Part shown: one piece after another, positions 24,168-37,420 of the stretch
Position numbering within the stretch: position 1 is the first letter of the stretch
Layout: every line of letters begins with the position of its first letter
Assembly (NCBI GenBank): GCA_013239625.1
Contig: MU053933.1
Coordinates: 124,001 to 188,000, forward strand
Length of the DNA: 64,000 nucleotides
Source: Lama guanicoe
Lineage: Eukaryota
Reading direction: 5' to 3'
Made by a program: the position numbers and the translations under genes
The notes under the pieces: model-generated
What the model saw: the letters and a program-made list of their open reading frames with translations, nothing else
Told to the model about the DNA's origin: nothing
Database searches by the model: none

Positions 24168-25224
24168 AAGGAATGTGAACTTTTACCAAGAACAGTTACT
24201 CAGTTGCTTTTTAATATCTAGACAATCAATGCAAAGAAGGAATCTGGTTTTTGGGGTTTTTTTTTTGCTTTAATGTAGCAAATGTTATCTTTATTTTTTG
24301 AAAGAATTTGGCTTTTTCTCTGTAAATACAATTTTCACTTTATTAGAAATGAAAGTCACATAACCATTATATTTTCCTCATTTCTTTATAAGCTGTTTTG
24401 AGTGTTATTTTCCCCAGCTTTATTGAGTTATAATTTACATCCAATAAAATCCACCCACTGTAAGTGTGCAGTCTGGTGAATCTGGCAATTGTTCATAGCC
24501 ATGTAGCTGTCACTCGGTGCTACTGTGAGACTGAGAACATTTCTATCACTACAGTTTCACAGGGCTCCGCTCCCCTGAATCTAGCCCCTCCTGACCACTG
24601 ACCTGGAAAGCAATTTTAATTTTTTAAACAACTTTTTTGAGGTATAATTGCCATGTAATACACTCTACATAATGTAACGTGCACAATATGATTACCTTGA
24701 CACATGTGCACCCCCGTGAAGCCACCACTTCAATCGAGAGCGTGAGCACGCCCGGCCTCCTTCTGAATGCAGACACAGCTGCTCTATCACCGCACCTGTT
24801 GACAGACACTTGGCTTGTTTCCTTGTTTGGCTTTACAGGCAAAGCTGCTATGAGCATTTGTGCAAAAGTTTTCCCGCGGACACGAGCTTTCATTTCCATC
24901 GGTAAGTACCTAGGAGTGGAATGCCTGAGTCATAAGTTAGGTATACGCCTAACTTTTTAAGAAACTGTCAAACAGTTTTCCAAAGAAGTTGTACCATCCT
25001 GCACGCCTAACAGCAGTGCACGAGGGTTCCGGCTGCTGAGCATCCAGCCAACACCAGCACTAATTATAGCCGTTCTCATCGGTGACAGTCCACTGTGGTC
25101 TTAATGTGCATTTCCTTAACGACTAATGCTGTCGAATATCTTTCATGTACTTATTTGCCATTTGTATATCTCTGATGAAGTACATATTCAAGTAATTTGC
25201 TCTTTTTTAAAAAAATTGGGCTCT

Positions 25225-25342
25225 TTTCTTTTTTTGGAGGGGAGAGAGTAGGTTCATTTATTTATCTTAGTGGAGGTACTGAGGACGGAAGCCAGGGCCT
25301 CATGCATGCTAAGCACACACTGACTTCTACCCTCCCCCACCT
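25225..25342 (-). mobile_element. vic-1-type SINE
   Basis: tggaggtactgaggacggaagccagggcctcatgcatgctaagcac. Confidence 0.8.
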
Positions 25343-25726
25343 TTGCTGTCTTACTCTTGGGTTTGGTAGCTCTTTGTATACACTGGATACAAGTCCTTTA
25401 CCAGACACGTCACTTGCTAGCATTTTCTCCAGTCTGTGGCTTTTCATTCACTTCACTGTGTCTTTCGAAGAGCAGAAGTTCTGGCTTTTGATGAGGTCCA
25501 ATTTGTCCATCTCTTTCTTGTACAAGCTGTGCTTTTGAAGCTGTAACTAAGACATCCCTGTCTGACCCAAAGTTCCTAAGCTTCCTCAGCCATCTCCTAA
25601 CTTTTAACAGCATTAGGTTTTCCATTTAGATGTATGAGCCACATTGAGTTGAATCTGTATGCAGTTCAAGCTGCGATCTTGAAGTGGAACCATGCGAGCG
25701 TTGCCTGTTTCTAGATTACGTCACTC

Positions 25727-26378
25727 TGTTGTCCAACTCAGTGCCAACCCTCGCTGCCTCTGAAAGAGAAATAATAAAACAGCTGCGCTCAGGCTAACTA
25801 ATTCCTGGCCTTATACTAGCCGTTTGCATTTAAAATGGTCGGCAACTCTGACTGACCGGACCCTGCCCCCAGCCCCAGGCCCACTGCTACAATTAGAGCT
25901 GGAGTTATTAATTTTCCTGTTTGTTTACCTCACTCTGGCAATTGACATTTACAATCATGTTTGGATTCTGAGGCATCCCCCTAGGAAGGGAGTCACCGGA
26001 CGACAACCTCAGGAGAGTGACCAGACCCTCCGAAGTCCCTCCTGGCGCCTAATGAGTCTGATCAGATAAAGAAGGTCGCGGGTGGATGGCCCTCCAGACC
26101 ACCGGACGGTCCCACGATGCGGGACAGACTCGCCAAGACTCCGGAGGAAGCTTCATCACAGACCCCTGCTGACTGCTGTCCCCCTTCACTCTCCAGCTTG
26201 TTCACTATGTCATCACTAAGCCCCAGCCCTGAGACGGGCTCACAGTTCTGAAGGCACGAGCCCGCTGTGAGTCCCCTTCACCCGCAAGGTAATAAAGCTG
26301 CCTCTTTTCTTCTAAGCTCCAAGACCTTGTCTCTGGGTTATTTGGCTGGTCAGGGACGGGGGCGATATTTCGGCAACA
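25727..26378 (+). mobile_element. ERV solo LTR
   Basis: TGTTG...CAACA termini and AATAAA at about 26291; inserted into antisense L1. Confidence 0.8.
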
Positions 26379-26759
26379 CCTTGGTAACTGTCGCTTTATA
26401 ATGCACCTTGAGGCCAAGCAGTGTAAAGCCTCCAGCCCTTCTGTCCCAGAGTCGTTTTGACTGCTCTAAGTCCTCAGCATTTTCATATAAATTTTGGATT
26501 TGGCCTGTCAATTTCTACAAAAAAAAAATAAGCCCGCTGACATTTTGATGGGGAATGCATTGATTATACAGATCAATTTGAATGCAATTATTCTGTAGAT
26601 ACACAAATATAAAATTAATTCCTCCTGTGCATGCAAAGTGCTTAGAAATATACAATTTCAATTGTTTGAAATATACAATTTCAAATGTACAATTTTTCAA
26701 AAATAAAGTCTTGAAAAAAATGTCCTGATTTGGACAATAAATTTTATGATGACTGGCTC

Positions 26760-27880
26760 TGAGTTTGATGTGACCGTGGAAGGATCAGGCTGCCACTTCC
26801 TGAGTCCAGTGATCTGGCTTAACTTTAGCAAAACTGGGACAAGACGTTCTGTGCTTTTCATGTGACACCAGCATCTGTGAAATACTGCCAGAAACTTGAA
26901 CCTGAGTTCAGTTAAGTTTATAGAGCCAACTTCCGTTTACAGGAAACATGAAGGCAAAGGAAGAAGTTAAATGACACAAGGAGGAAGGAGACAGGTAATT
27001 CCCGAACACAGGACACTCTCCAGGTCAATCCACCTGTTTTTGTTTTTGTTTTTAAGTGATGGGGAGTCTCTCTAGATTAAAAGAGACCTAAGAGATCATT
27101 CAACCCAAAATTCCAACAAACTGGAAAAGGGTACTTTTAAAACAAGTGGGGAAATTTGAATATGGATCGATTTTTAGATAATACCCAGGGATTAGTGTTG
27201 ATTTTGTTAGAGGTGGAAATATAAGAAGGAAGCAACTTTGTATTCTACTGCAAGTTAATCACTAAAGGGATGTTGCTTCTAAGCTTAGATTGAACCCTGT
27301 CTCCCAGGCAATGAGCGTTCAGCTGCGACACCTCTGTCTAGCTCACAGGAAACGTCCTGACCACACCCACCCGTGGAGGGCCGCAGAAAAGAAGAAATTG
27401 GCGCATCCCCTCAGGAGTCTGGCTGGAAGCAGGACTTTGCCCCCTTCCCTTTGAGCATAAAAGAAGCTTGAACTTTAACTTGGGAAGATGGTTCTTTGGG
27501 ACACTAGTCCACAATCTTCTCACTCTGCTGGCTGTCTGAATAAAGCCACTATTCCTTGCCCCAGCAGCTCGTGTCTTGATTTACTGTCCTGTCGGGCAGG
27601 AAGCAGACGAGCTTGGGAACAGTAATGGCATTGCGGTTGTGTAAGGAAACGTTCATGATATTTTGCGTTGCTGTGAACACAACTATGCAGGGGGTGAAAT
27701 GACATGATGTCTGGGATTTGCTTTAAAATACTCCATTGGAGAAAAGAATAAAGAAAAAAGATGGCTTTATTCAATGTGGCATAATCTTAATAATCGTTGA
27801 AACTGGAAAATAGGGCTTCGCATGTTGAAGTTACTATTCCCTCTACTTTTGAATAGATTTGAAATTTCTTAAAAAAAAAT
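26760..27880 (+). mobile_element. Old L1 (L1ME/MC-like) 3' UTR, split by an LTR
   Basis: ctctagattaaaagagacctaagag...ggggaaatttgaatatgga...|ggcattgcggttgtgtaagg...gatgtctgggatttgctttaaaatactcca. Confidence 0.7.
27221..27621 (+). mobile_element. ERV1 solo LTR, MER41-like
   Basis: cataaaagaagcttgaactttaacttgggaagatggttctttggg...aataaagccactattccttgcccc; the 3' half is homologous to the LTR at 53556. Confidence 0.75.
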
Positions 27881-27884
27881 AAAA

Positions 27885-28215
27885 CTAAAGAAGGGTTGAG
27901 TAGGGGGTGCATAAAAGATTTTTAGGGCAGTGGGTTACTCTGTACCGGACCGTAGTGGTGGATGGAGGTCATTACACATTTGTCCAAACCCACAGAACGT
28001 GCAGCATGGAAAGTGACCCTAACATGCACCGTGGACTCTGGATGATGGTGACATTCCATGCAGGTTCATGGATTGTGACAAACGTACCCCGCTGGTTGGG
28101 ATGTGGGTAACGGGGGAGGCTGTGCACCGGTGGGGGCAGAGGGGGCACAGGAAATCTCTGTACCTCCCCCTTAATTTTGCTGTGAACCTAAAACTGCTCT
28201 AAAAAGTAAAGTCTA
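27885..28215 (+). mobile_element. L1MC-like 3' end
   Basis: cattacacatttgtccaaacccacagaa...ttttgctgtgaacctaaaactgctctaaaaagtaaagtctat. Confidence 0.85.
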
Positions 28216-28254
28216 TCTAAAAACACGAATAAATAGATGAACAAACAGGCATGG

Positions 28255-28470
28255 GCAGGTGATCAGTTCTGGCCCCTGAGACATACAGAGAGACCTACCG
28301 GAGTCTTCTGGGAGAGTATTTTTCTCATGAAAAGGAACACGTGAGGGAGACTTCCCTTCCCACTCTGAATATGATCGTCTGCATCTGATGCTGAGAAAGG
28401 TGGCAGCTGTCTTGCCATTGGGAGAGGGGGGCCCCATTAAAAGCGCCAGACCACCGGCAGGGATGGTGGG
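28255..28470 (+). mobile_element. Old MLT1-type LTR fragment
   Basis: cagttctggcccctgagacata...ttctgggagagtatttttctc...gcagctgtcttgcca. Confidence 0.55.
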
Positions 28471-29195
28471 GCAGAGCCGGGGAGGCCCTGGTCCTCGTGC
28501 ACACTGCTGGGCTGCGAAGTGACCGCCCTGCCGCAGGCAGAGCTCCGTGAGACACGGTTTTTCCTGCTTGTGTAAATAACACCTTTTCCCTTTAAGGCTA
28601 CTTCTGGCTGGGTTTTCTTATTGACATACCACCTCTTTGGGCAATTAACAAATCCAGCGTCTATGCGGATCTTTGGGGTCTTCTTCCAACTTTGTTGTAA
28701 ATGACTCAAGGTCTTCTTATCATCCTTCCAGCTCCTCTGAGATGTTGGACATATATTCATCCAATCGGCATCATTTAAACTTATTTATTCAAATCTACAT
28801 CCAAAGGCCTAAGGCCAGTGGCCAGATGAATCAGTAACAGTCGCAGCCCCCACCCCCACTCCAGCACACACTTGAAGAGGAGGGGAAGTGAGCACAGGAC
28901 GTGAGCACCGAGAACCACGGAAACTGACTGCGGGGTTCAGAGTCTCACGGAAGGCTTCCTGGAGGAGGTGGCCTACAGACTGAGCTGGTTGTGCTTCACC
29001 CAGTGGAGATAAGAATGAAGGTGGGTGTTGAAAGCTCCCAAGGTAATTGAGGCGAAACAAAGGCCTAAAGGAAGAAAATCCAGTTTCCTTCAGGGCATCT
29101 TGGCCCAAGTACAGATTTCAACTAGGGAAGTCTGGAAATAAAGGCTCAGATTGTGGAGAGTCTTATAGGCCTGCATAAAGAGATGTTTGGTCTTT

Positions 29196-29280
29196 TTTTT
29201 TCCTTAATTGAAGTATGGCTGATTTACAATGTTGCGTTAGTTTCTGGTGTGCAGCATAGTGATTCAGCTAGATATGTATA
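29196..29280 (-). mobile_element. Short young L1 3' tail
   Basis: aattgaagtatggctgatttacaatgttgcgttagtttctggtg, with TSD tgtttggtcttt / tgtttgatcttt. Confidence 0.85.
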
Positions 29281-32200
29281 TGTTTGATCTTTATTTGCCA
29301 GATGGGGAAAAAAATCACGTGATGATCAACAATTTCTAGCCCTTCATTTTAGGAATAACACAAGGCTTATTATAAGTGGTTTGCCCACAGGCCTCCCAGG
29401 CCTGGACTGCTGGCTTGCCCTTCGGGCCCTGACTCAACCTCCAGGAGGCAGGGGCCACCTCTCAGTGGGGGTGGAGGTGACACTTCCCAAAACCCAGAGC
29501 TGAGGGTGGGGATAGGATGCTGTCCAGAGGGAAATGACAATTCTCATCTCCCGGTGACAGACAACTGAGGTCCCTTTTACCTTCTGTAAATGGAGATAAC
29601 CCCCAACTTAAACAGGGATTTAAAAGGTTGAATAATTAGATTTTTTTAAAATCTAGTACACAGTAATAACTCAGTAAACAATAATTATTCTTACAGCAAG
29701 ATCTGATCAACATATCAAGGTAGACCCAAAAGGTCACTCTTTCTGGGGGGAGGACTAGCGACTCACTTATTAAATCCAATTAAAATATCACCCCCTCCCC
29801 ATTCTTCTCCACTCTCTCCCAAGTGAGCCTCTGCGGAAAACATCCGTTCACCCCCTGGCTCACCAGCTGAAAGCAGGCCGTTTAAGGGCCATTTTATAAT
29901 TTACTGTAATTAACTCACTATGTCAACTCTGGGCGTTAAACGTGCCCCAAGGAGCAAACGTCATTGGAAAAGCAATGAGGCTGAAGGGACACAAACCCGG
30001 GGTGCTGGCCGGGCACAAGCTCCCTGGAGTCACGGACAGCGCGCAGGGCAGGACCCCGTCTGGGGTGGGGGAAGCTCTGGGGCTGCGTCTAGTCACCAGC
30101 CCCTGCGGACTGGGCCCCAGCCTCGAAGAAGGCTGTCACGGGCGTGCCGGCCCTTCAAAACCACAGTCTACCTCAAAACAAGAAGTTCAAAGCGACTGTG
30201 CTGTCCTGCAGGGGGTCTGGTTGTGTCTGACAGTCTTCCACAAGGGGCTCTGAGTGTCACGTCATCTGACCATGTGACGGCAGGGGCCCCAGTTCACATG
30301 TTCTCCAGGACTCGGGATGTAAACAGATTCCTGGAGTCCTCCAGGCTCGGGGGCGCAGGAGCCGTCACACCCACGAGGGGGCCTGGGATGGAAGGGGGCG
30401 GATTACAAGCCAGTCATGTTAGCGGCTGGAAGGCTGGCTCCTCATTGTTTCTGCGGGTGATTCTCAAGCAATTTGGCAACAACTGACATGGCTCTTCCTG
30501 ATGCCACTTGGGGGGCGGGAGTCTGGATGGGAGAGTTCTGGATCAAAGGTAGATTTTCGGGTGTAGGTAAGGTGTTTGATAAACACAAAGGATGAGTGTA
30601 TGTCTGCATTTGTGATGAATAATTCAACAACAGGAGGGAGGGAGGAAGGAGGTCCAGTTGCCTGTAAAGTCAACCTGGCCTGAGCGCCTCTCTTCCAGGC
30701 ACAGACTGAGTGCGAGAACCCTGCTCTTAAGTAACTGCCCGCTGCTGGAGGAGAAGGAAAAACTGTGCGAGTAAATGTCACGCAAGGAAAGGACCGTGAG
30801 TGGCCCAGGAGGCAGCAGAGACAGGGCTGTGCCCCTCGAAAGGAACACCATGCGGTGTTTTGTCCTCTGCACTTGAGCACGGCCGTGCAGCCCTCCCAAC
30901 ACCCAGAGCAGGTACGCACCTGCTTTAGAGGTGAGGACGCAGGTGAGGGAGGCCAGGACACGCACCCAAAGTCCCGCAGTGCCTACCTGGCCCCCAGCCC
31001 CCCACGCTCCCCCCAGTCTGCGTCCCTCCCACCGCACCCTGCGCCCCCGTGGGACAGGGAGGGGACCTGGCGGGGCCGGCACGTGCTGGGTGGCAGAGTC
31101 GGTTTCCTCCGCCAAGTTGGTCCCTGTTAATGGAAGAAGTAGATTGCAGTCTGGGCTTGAGGATGAGAAGGATTCGCCCAGCGGTTAACAGCTTGTCCCC
31201 AAAGGCTTAAGGACATTGAAGTCGGCCAAGTACCAGGAGCCAAACTGCCCCGCGGGCCGTCGCACGTGTGACGTGAACGGTTTCCCGTGTGCTGTGCGGG
31301 GACTGGGAGCTTCCGCAGTGTTTCCTGCTGTTCTCTTCTCCCATTTTCCTTAGAGCTGACGGTGGTCAGTGGGAGGAGGGCAGCCCTACGTCCAGGTGGC
31401 TAATTCTGGAGGCCTAAGAAGTGAACCGGGCAGGAAACCTCGGAGGTGGTGCCCAGGGCAACAGAAGGAAATTGAACACCAGCCAAGTGCTTGGCCCAGA
31501 TGAGCAGAAGGGAAAACACGGTGGGTCCTTGCCAGTTACTCTCACTGTCAGGTAGGATGCACTGGGCCGCAAGTAGCAGAGTGACCCATAAACAGGGTAG
31601 GGGTGTCTTCCTCCCATGACAAGGAGGCTGGAGATGTGTCCTTGCTAGAAGTTCCTGGGGTTCACCTAGCCGGGGCCGTGACCTCCGCCATCTTCGGTTC
31701 TGCAAGGGTGATATTGAGTTACCTCAGGCCGAAAGGGAGGCTGGCGCAGTGAGCGTTTAGCGCTCCGTCCCCCGGGGTGGAGGCTGGTAGGGCAGGAGAG
31801 TGTTAGGGTGGGTGCTGGGTGAGCAGCCCACAGCCACGGGGTGCACGCCTGGGGCCCAGGCATGCAGCTTCTGCGGCCCCCAGCCCACCTGGGACGCAGG
31901 AGGGCGGGCACAACTTCCATGAACCGCTGCCTCCCCGCCTCTCCGTCTGCATGTTGCTCACGCCGGTGCCTGCCCACGCCTGCCTGGGCTGGAAGCACTG
32001 CTGCTGGCTTCCTCCCTGGAGCACAGCCAGCCTGAATTACTTATGAGCCTAATGTGCACACCAACGGGTTCTGACGGAGGCCACTGAGGGAGCAGCTTGT
32101 CTGTAACCCCACACCCTAGCGCGGGGTGATAAGGTCCCGGGGGAGGGCCACAGGCCTCCTCTGCAGAGGAAGAGAAGGGAGGAGGAGGGAACGAACCTGC

Positions 32201-33479
32201 GGGGCAGCAGAGGAGGCCAGCAGCTCCTGCTTCCCATCATGTCCGGGGGCCTGAGGGCGACTCCGGTGACTGGGAGGTGAGGGCTGGTGGGGGCTGGGGT
32301 CCCCAGCACACAGCCCAGGCCTGGAGGGCAGGGCACCAGAGCCCAGACCCGGCTTATGTCCCAGCTCTGCCTGTTCCCAGGCAGAACAAGGAACTTAACC
32401 TCTCTGTGCCTCCGCTTCCCCTCTGACCAGTGGGGTTGCTGTGACAATTAAATGCCGCAATCCCTGTGTGGTGGATTGTTTGTAAAAACAGCTGCAATTG
32501 TTCCCCTGAATCCGCGCCCCTCTGCAGCCCCTCATCCCCAGGTCAAATCTGTTCCACATGCCTGGAACCTGGCTGGACCTGTGACTCACGCCAGCCAATA
32601 GAAGGCCGTGCAGGTGGTGCCATGCTTCTGAGCGCTGCAGCTTCTGCTGGTGGACACTTTCCTTTGGGTGACCCGGTGTGAGTACATGGGGAGGGGGGAA
32701 CCGCCTAGAGGTCAGAAGCCCCCACGTCCTCACCACATGGGCTCCACATTCTAGCTCTGTTGCGACTCCCCGGCCGGGAGCTTGTGCCTCTGGTTTGGGG
32801 CCACCAGACAGCCCTATTTTGTTCTCTCACACAGCAGCCAGAATGCTGAAGCAAAGACGCAGCTCCACAAAGCTCTCTCATTCCGTTTCCTATTGGTCTT
32901 TAAATTTTAAAAACAGGCCCTTGAATCAAACATACATAGGAGTATTTACAGGCCAGCTGGGTCAGCCAGGAGAGCCCACGGTGAAATGCCCGCTTCTGTC
33001 CCCCTGGACTCAGCCCCCTGCACCCAGCGGCTTCCCGGGGTCCTGCCATTCCTCTGGTGTTCTGCAGAGAATGCTCCAGAACCACCAGGAGGCCAGCGGT
33101 GCTTTTGCTCTGTCTGTAGCTCTTCCTTGTAGGTCCGAGAAGGCAGGTCATGTCTTTGGTTTTCATCGTGGTCGCACGTGCATTTGGTGCTGCCTCCTGC
33201 GACGGCCTGGGCAAGAAGCGGGTGCTCAGCAAAGGCAGCGAGTAACTGAAGAGACCCCAGAGCAGCCAAGTCCCCAGGATGGCTCGTTCAGCCCAGGTGG
33301 CCGAGCCCGACCCAGACTCGGCCGCGAGCCTACATCCAGGGCCAAGCTACTCAGCCAGTGTCTGCGTCGGTTTCCTCGTCTGTAAAACAGAGTAGAAACA
33401 CCTTCTCCACATGGCAAATGCTGCCTGAGCGCTGTTTAAAACATAAATACATAGGGCATAAATGCAGTAGAAATTCTAC

Positions 33480-34105
33480 TTCAAAAAGCTGCGTGCACCC
33501 CAATGTTCATGGCAGCACTGTTTACGATACCCGAGACATGGAAGCCCCCTAAACGTCCATCAGCAGAGGACTGGATAAAGAAGCTGTGGTATGTGTACAC
33601 AATGAAACACTACTCAGCCACAAAAAAGAATGAAATAATGTCATTTGCAGCAACATGGATATACCTGGAGATTATCATAGTAAGTGAAGTAAGCCAGAAA
33701 GAGAAAGAAAAATACCATATGATATCACTCACATGTGGAATCTAAAAAAAGACACAAATGAACTTGTTTACAAAACAGAAACAGACTAACAGACATAGAA
33801 AACACACTTATGGTTACAGCTGGGGGGAAGAGGATGGGAAGGGATAAATTGGGAGTTTGAGATTTGCAGATATGAATATATATAAAATAGATGAACAAGT
33901 TTCTACTCTACAGCACAGGGAACTATATTCAATATCTTGTAGTAGCTTATGGTGAAAAAGGTTATGAAAACGAATATATGAATGTTCAGGTACGACTGCA
34001 GCATTATGCTGTACACCAGAAATTGACACAACATTGTAAAATGACTATACTTTCATAAAAATATATATACAAGTTTAAAAATAAAACATAAAATTAAATA
34101 AATAA
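33480..34105 (+). mobile_element. Young L1 3' end
   Basis: caccccaatgttcatggcagcactg...gaaattgacacaacattgtaaaatgactatac followed by an A-rich tail. Confidence 0.95.
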
Positions 34106-36049
34106 GTACACGGAGAAGGCACAAAACCCTCCTGCCACTGAGCTGGAGTGAGGGGGACCCTGGCTCTGGCCCAGGACCTCGCTGTGGGTGCTGGCTCCCC
34201 CAGGTCAAATTTAGACTCCCAGGCCCGAGGCTTCCATCACCAGGACTTGCAGAACCAGAAGAGCCAGTTCCTGGTGCGGCACAAATGCTGAGCTGAAAGG
34301 AGGGAGAGGAAGGGGAAAGGTATGTGAGGATCCCAGGGCAGCCTGAGGAGGCGAGGGTCCCGACCTGTGCCTTTCCCACGGCGCCCGGGGGCCCAGAGGG
34401 AGGCCAGGATCCCTCCCAGGAGTCTCTGCTCTCAGGCTCAGAGTCCAGTGCAAGGTGGGCGGCTGACTGTCCCCGAGGGGCACCTGCACACACCCCGCTT
34501 CCTTGTGGACCCCCCACCGGAGAGATGGGGGCCCCGCCTAGGCGCCTGATTCTCCCCTCCATTTGTGACAGCACCAGCCTGAGACAGGAGCTTTCCTGCC
34601 CGTCTCTCTCCCTTCATCCTCTCTCTCCTCGAAACCGCCCCCACCCAGAGCAGCTGGAGAACTCTCTGGAACACGGGTCAGATCCCATAGCCCCCGCATC
34701 CCTGTTCAGGCTCGTCATATGGGTCTCAAGCCGGGGCGGGCCCCAGCCTCGTCCCACATCACTCTGTCCCCACCTCCTGGCCGGGGACCCTCAGAATTCA
34801 GGGCATCTCACACCTCCAAGCCTTTGCCCCTGCAGCTTCCCTGGCCAGGGGGGCCCTCCTGCAGGCGTCCACCCGACAAACTCCCAGCACTGGCGTCCCA
34901 GCGAGGTGTCTCCTGGAAACTCGATAGTCATGCCGGTCACTCGCTCCCACCCTGTTCTGTGTCCACAGCTGTCTGTGTAGCTGCGCCCTGACCCTAGCTT
35001 AGAAAACGACCTGTTTGCCTGCCTAGATCCCGGCCTCCGAGCTCCTGCGAGCAGAAAGCTCCCCGTGATGCTCGTACCGCCACTCAGGCCTGCTCAGAAG
35101 CTCAGGCCTCCTCTGATGCGGGTAACTCGCCCATGCTTCTGGAGAGGTGGGCTCGGGGCTCCGACTCCCTGGGCCCAAATTCCAGCTTCTCCGACAAGCT
35201 GGGGCAGGTTAGTTTACCTCTCAGAGCCTCTGACTCCTTATCTGCAAAATGGGTCTAACCTCTGATGCAGAAATTAAGATGATCCCGGCCCAGACACACC
35301 CACAAGAGACTGGGGCATAAATCAGAAATCTGCATCTAGAATGAGAAAAACAAGCGTCCAGCAGCTCAGGGGGGAACCCCCACGCTGCCTTGTCAGTCAG
35401 GCAGGGCACCCGAGGCCGAGTTGTCAGGAGAAAGCAGGGAGCCCCCTGGCAGGGAAGGCAGGGAGGGCGAGGCAGGGGGCAGCCGGGCTGCGCGTTCCCA
35501 CGGCGGAGGCCCCCGGTGGGCTCGCAGGGCCCTGCCCGGCCAGCGCTTCCTTTCTCTTGCCTCCGCACCTGGGGGTGCCCAGGCCTGCCCTCCAGACAGC
35601 AACGACCTTCTTTTGGACGCGCTGACACCTGTGGTCTGGCACATCCAGGCCGCCTAGGAGGCGGGAGCGCGACCTCTGCCCACACAGGTGTGGGGCTTGA
35701 GTTTGACCATCTGCAGGTGACATTAGTCTCTGTTCTTCTTCTTGGTGGCTCAGGCTGGGGTGGGGAGGACACCTCCTGGCACTCCCTTGGCCCCTGTGCT
35801 GTCCTCAGAAGGCATCCAATACTCGTCAGTGGACTGGGTAAAACACTGGGTCCACTGGAGAAGGGTGAAAACCGGAAACCATGCTCACTGGGCTGCTCAC
35901 CTGAGCACAGACCACATCCTGCAGGATGGACATCCTGCGTCCGTCAGGGCTGTGGCCCCGCTCACTCCGTCTGTCCCTGAGGGCTCTGGAAGTGCCCTGC
36001 TTCTAAGATTTTACTGGCACTTCCCATGGTCTTCAAAAATGTGCTTTTT

Positions 36050-36392
36050 TTTAAAATTGAAGTAGAGTCAGTTTACCATGTTGTTGTAAATTCTGGTGTA
36101 CGGCATGGTGTTTCAGTTATACATAAGTATATTCCTTTTTGTACTTTTTTTCACTATAGGCCGTTACAAGCTCTTGACTGTAGTCCCCTGTGCTGTACAG
36201 TAGGACCTTGTTGTTTATCTATTTTATATATGGTAGTTAGTACCTGCAAATCCTGAACTCCCAGTTTATCCCTCCCTACTCCTTTCCCCCCGGTAAGCAT
36301 AAGTTTACTGTTCTTTTCTATGTCTGTGTCTGTCTCTGTTTTGTAAATAAGTTTATTTGTGTCCTTTTTTTTTTTAAGATTCCACATATAAG
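36050..36392 (-). mobile_element. Young L1 3' end
   Basis: Antisense L1 tail with TSD aaatgtgcttttt on both sides. Confidence 0.9.
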
Positions 36393-36399
36393 TGGGAAA

Positions 36400-37420
36400 T
36401 GTGCTTTTTAACGAGTGCATAATATTCCCCCTGCGGTACACTATCATTTATTTCCTCGGTCCTCGGTTTGGAAGTATTTGGCTAGTTCCCAAAAACCTGT
36501 GTTATACATACTGCTGTAATAAGCTTCTTTGTTCACTAACTTTGATCTCTGCTTCCTTGCGATAGTTTTCTAGAAGTGAAATCTCTAGGTCAGAGAGTAG
36601 GAACACTTTGTAAAGCTCTTCCTACATATTTCAAAATTGCTTTCCAAACAGCTTTACAATTTACACTCCAGCACCAACCTCAATGTGCAGACGTGCCTGC
36701 CTGCCCCACCCTGGACTTCACCTGAACGGGTGAGTCAGTGATTCAAAAATGCATGCTGGTTTGGTGGCTGATTCTTCATTGTTTTGATTTGCATTTCTTT
36801 GTTAGTGCAATTGAGGGTTTTTTTAAAGTAGTTTATTGAAAAACTTAATTTATATAGCATAGTGCTTTGGGCTTCAGAGTCCAAGATGGGCTCAAATCCT
36901 GGCTCTGTCAGTTAGAACCTGGTGACTTAGGGGCAATCCCATAGCCTCTCTATGCCTCCATGTCTATCAGTAAACAGGCTCAAATAAAGACATATATGTA
37001 AATAACTCAGCTTTGCCTCTGGAACCCAAATGCTCCGTGAACATCACCCTTACCAGGTCTTAGACCTTAATATTCTAGGCTGAAATTGCATGCTTTTTGA
37101 CTGTTTTTCTAGTGGACTACATTTTTCATATTAACTTATAAAAAGCTTTTCTGTATGTGAAGGAGTTCAACACTTTGCCCATATTTATGCTGTATTTTTG
37201 CAACATTAACCATTCATTTTTGCTCACATTGCTCATCCCAGGAGATTTTTATCTTAGACAAACATGCTCATGTCTTCATTTATGATTCCTTCCATTAATT
37301 TTAAGCCAACCATTCCTTTCCAGAACTGAGGTCAATTAAACATTTTTCTCTCCAACTTAAAAAAAATTTTTTGATTCTTTTGTTTATCTCTTACATCCAC
37401 AGACAATTTTGGTTCACATT
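36400..37420 (-). mobile_element. Old L1 remnant with an embedded MIR (about 36855-37030)
   Basis: tctagaagtgaaatctctaggtcagag; gttttgatttgcatttcttt; MIR-like gggctcaaatcctggctctgtc. Confidence 0.6.

Larger units (their letters stand above)
24405..26590 (-). mobile_element. Old L1 (L1MB/MC-like) fragments, themselves interrupted by a SINE and an LTR
   Basis: Antisense L1 3' UTR and ORF2 sequence (cagctttattgagttataatttaca...; ctggatacaagtcctttaccagac; catataaattttggatttggcctgtcaatttctacaaaaa). Confidence 0.8.
21256..26756 (+). mobile_element. Fossil hAT (Blackjack-like) DNA transposon with decayed transposase, interrupted by nested insertions
   Basis: Manual + strand translation gives, in order: SDITDHVRSRRH (21256), KFACAFKDEVIAVTVMAP...SDVSNRK (within 21734-21880), DKTNT (22059), CGEHLIH (22862, CxxH), VREPELHNFCDEAD (22968), FNQTIQQMDSQK (about 23206), LEFQNGALEYLCLW (23383). 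A terminus-like aatgtcctgatttggacaataaattttatgatgac lies at about 26718-26752. Confidence 0.8.

Noticed and set aside
32678..33385. 235-aa ORF
   Set aside because: No domain similarity or exon signals that I can support.
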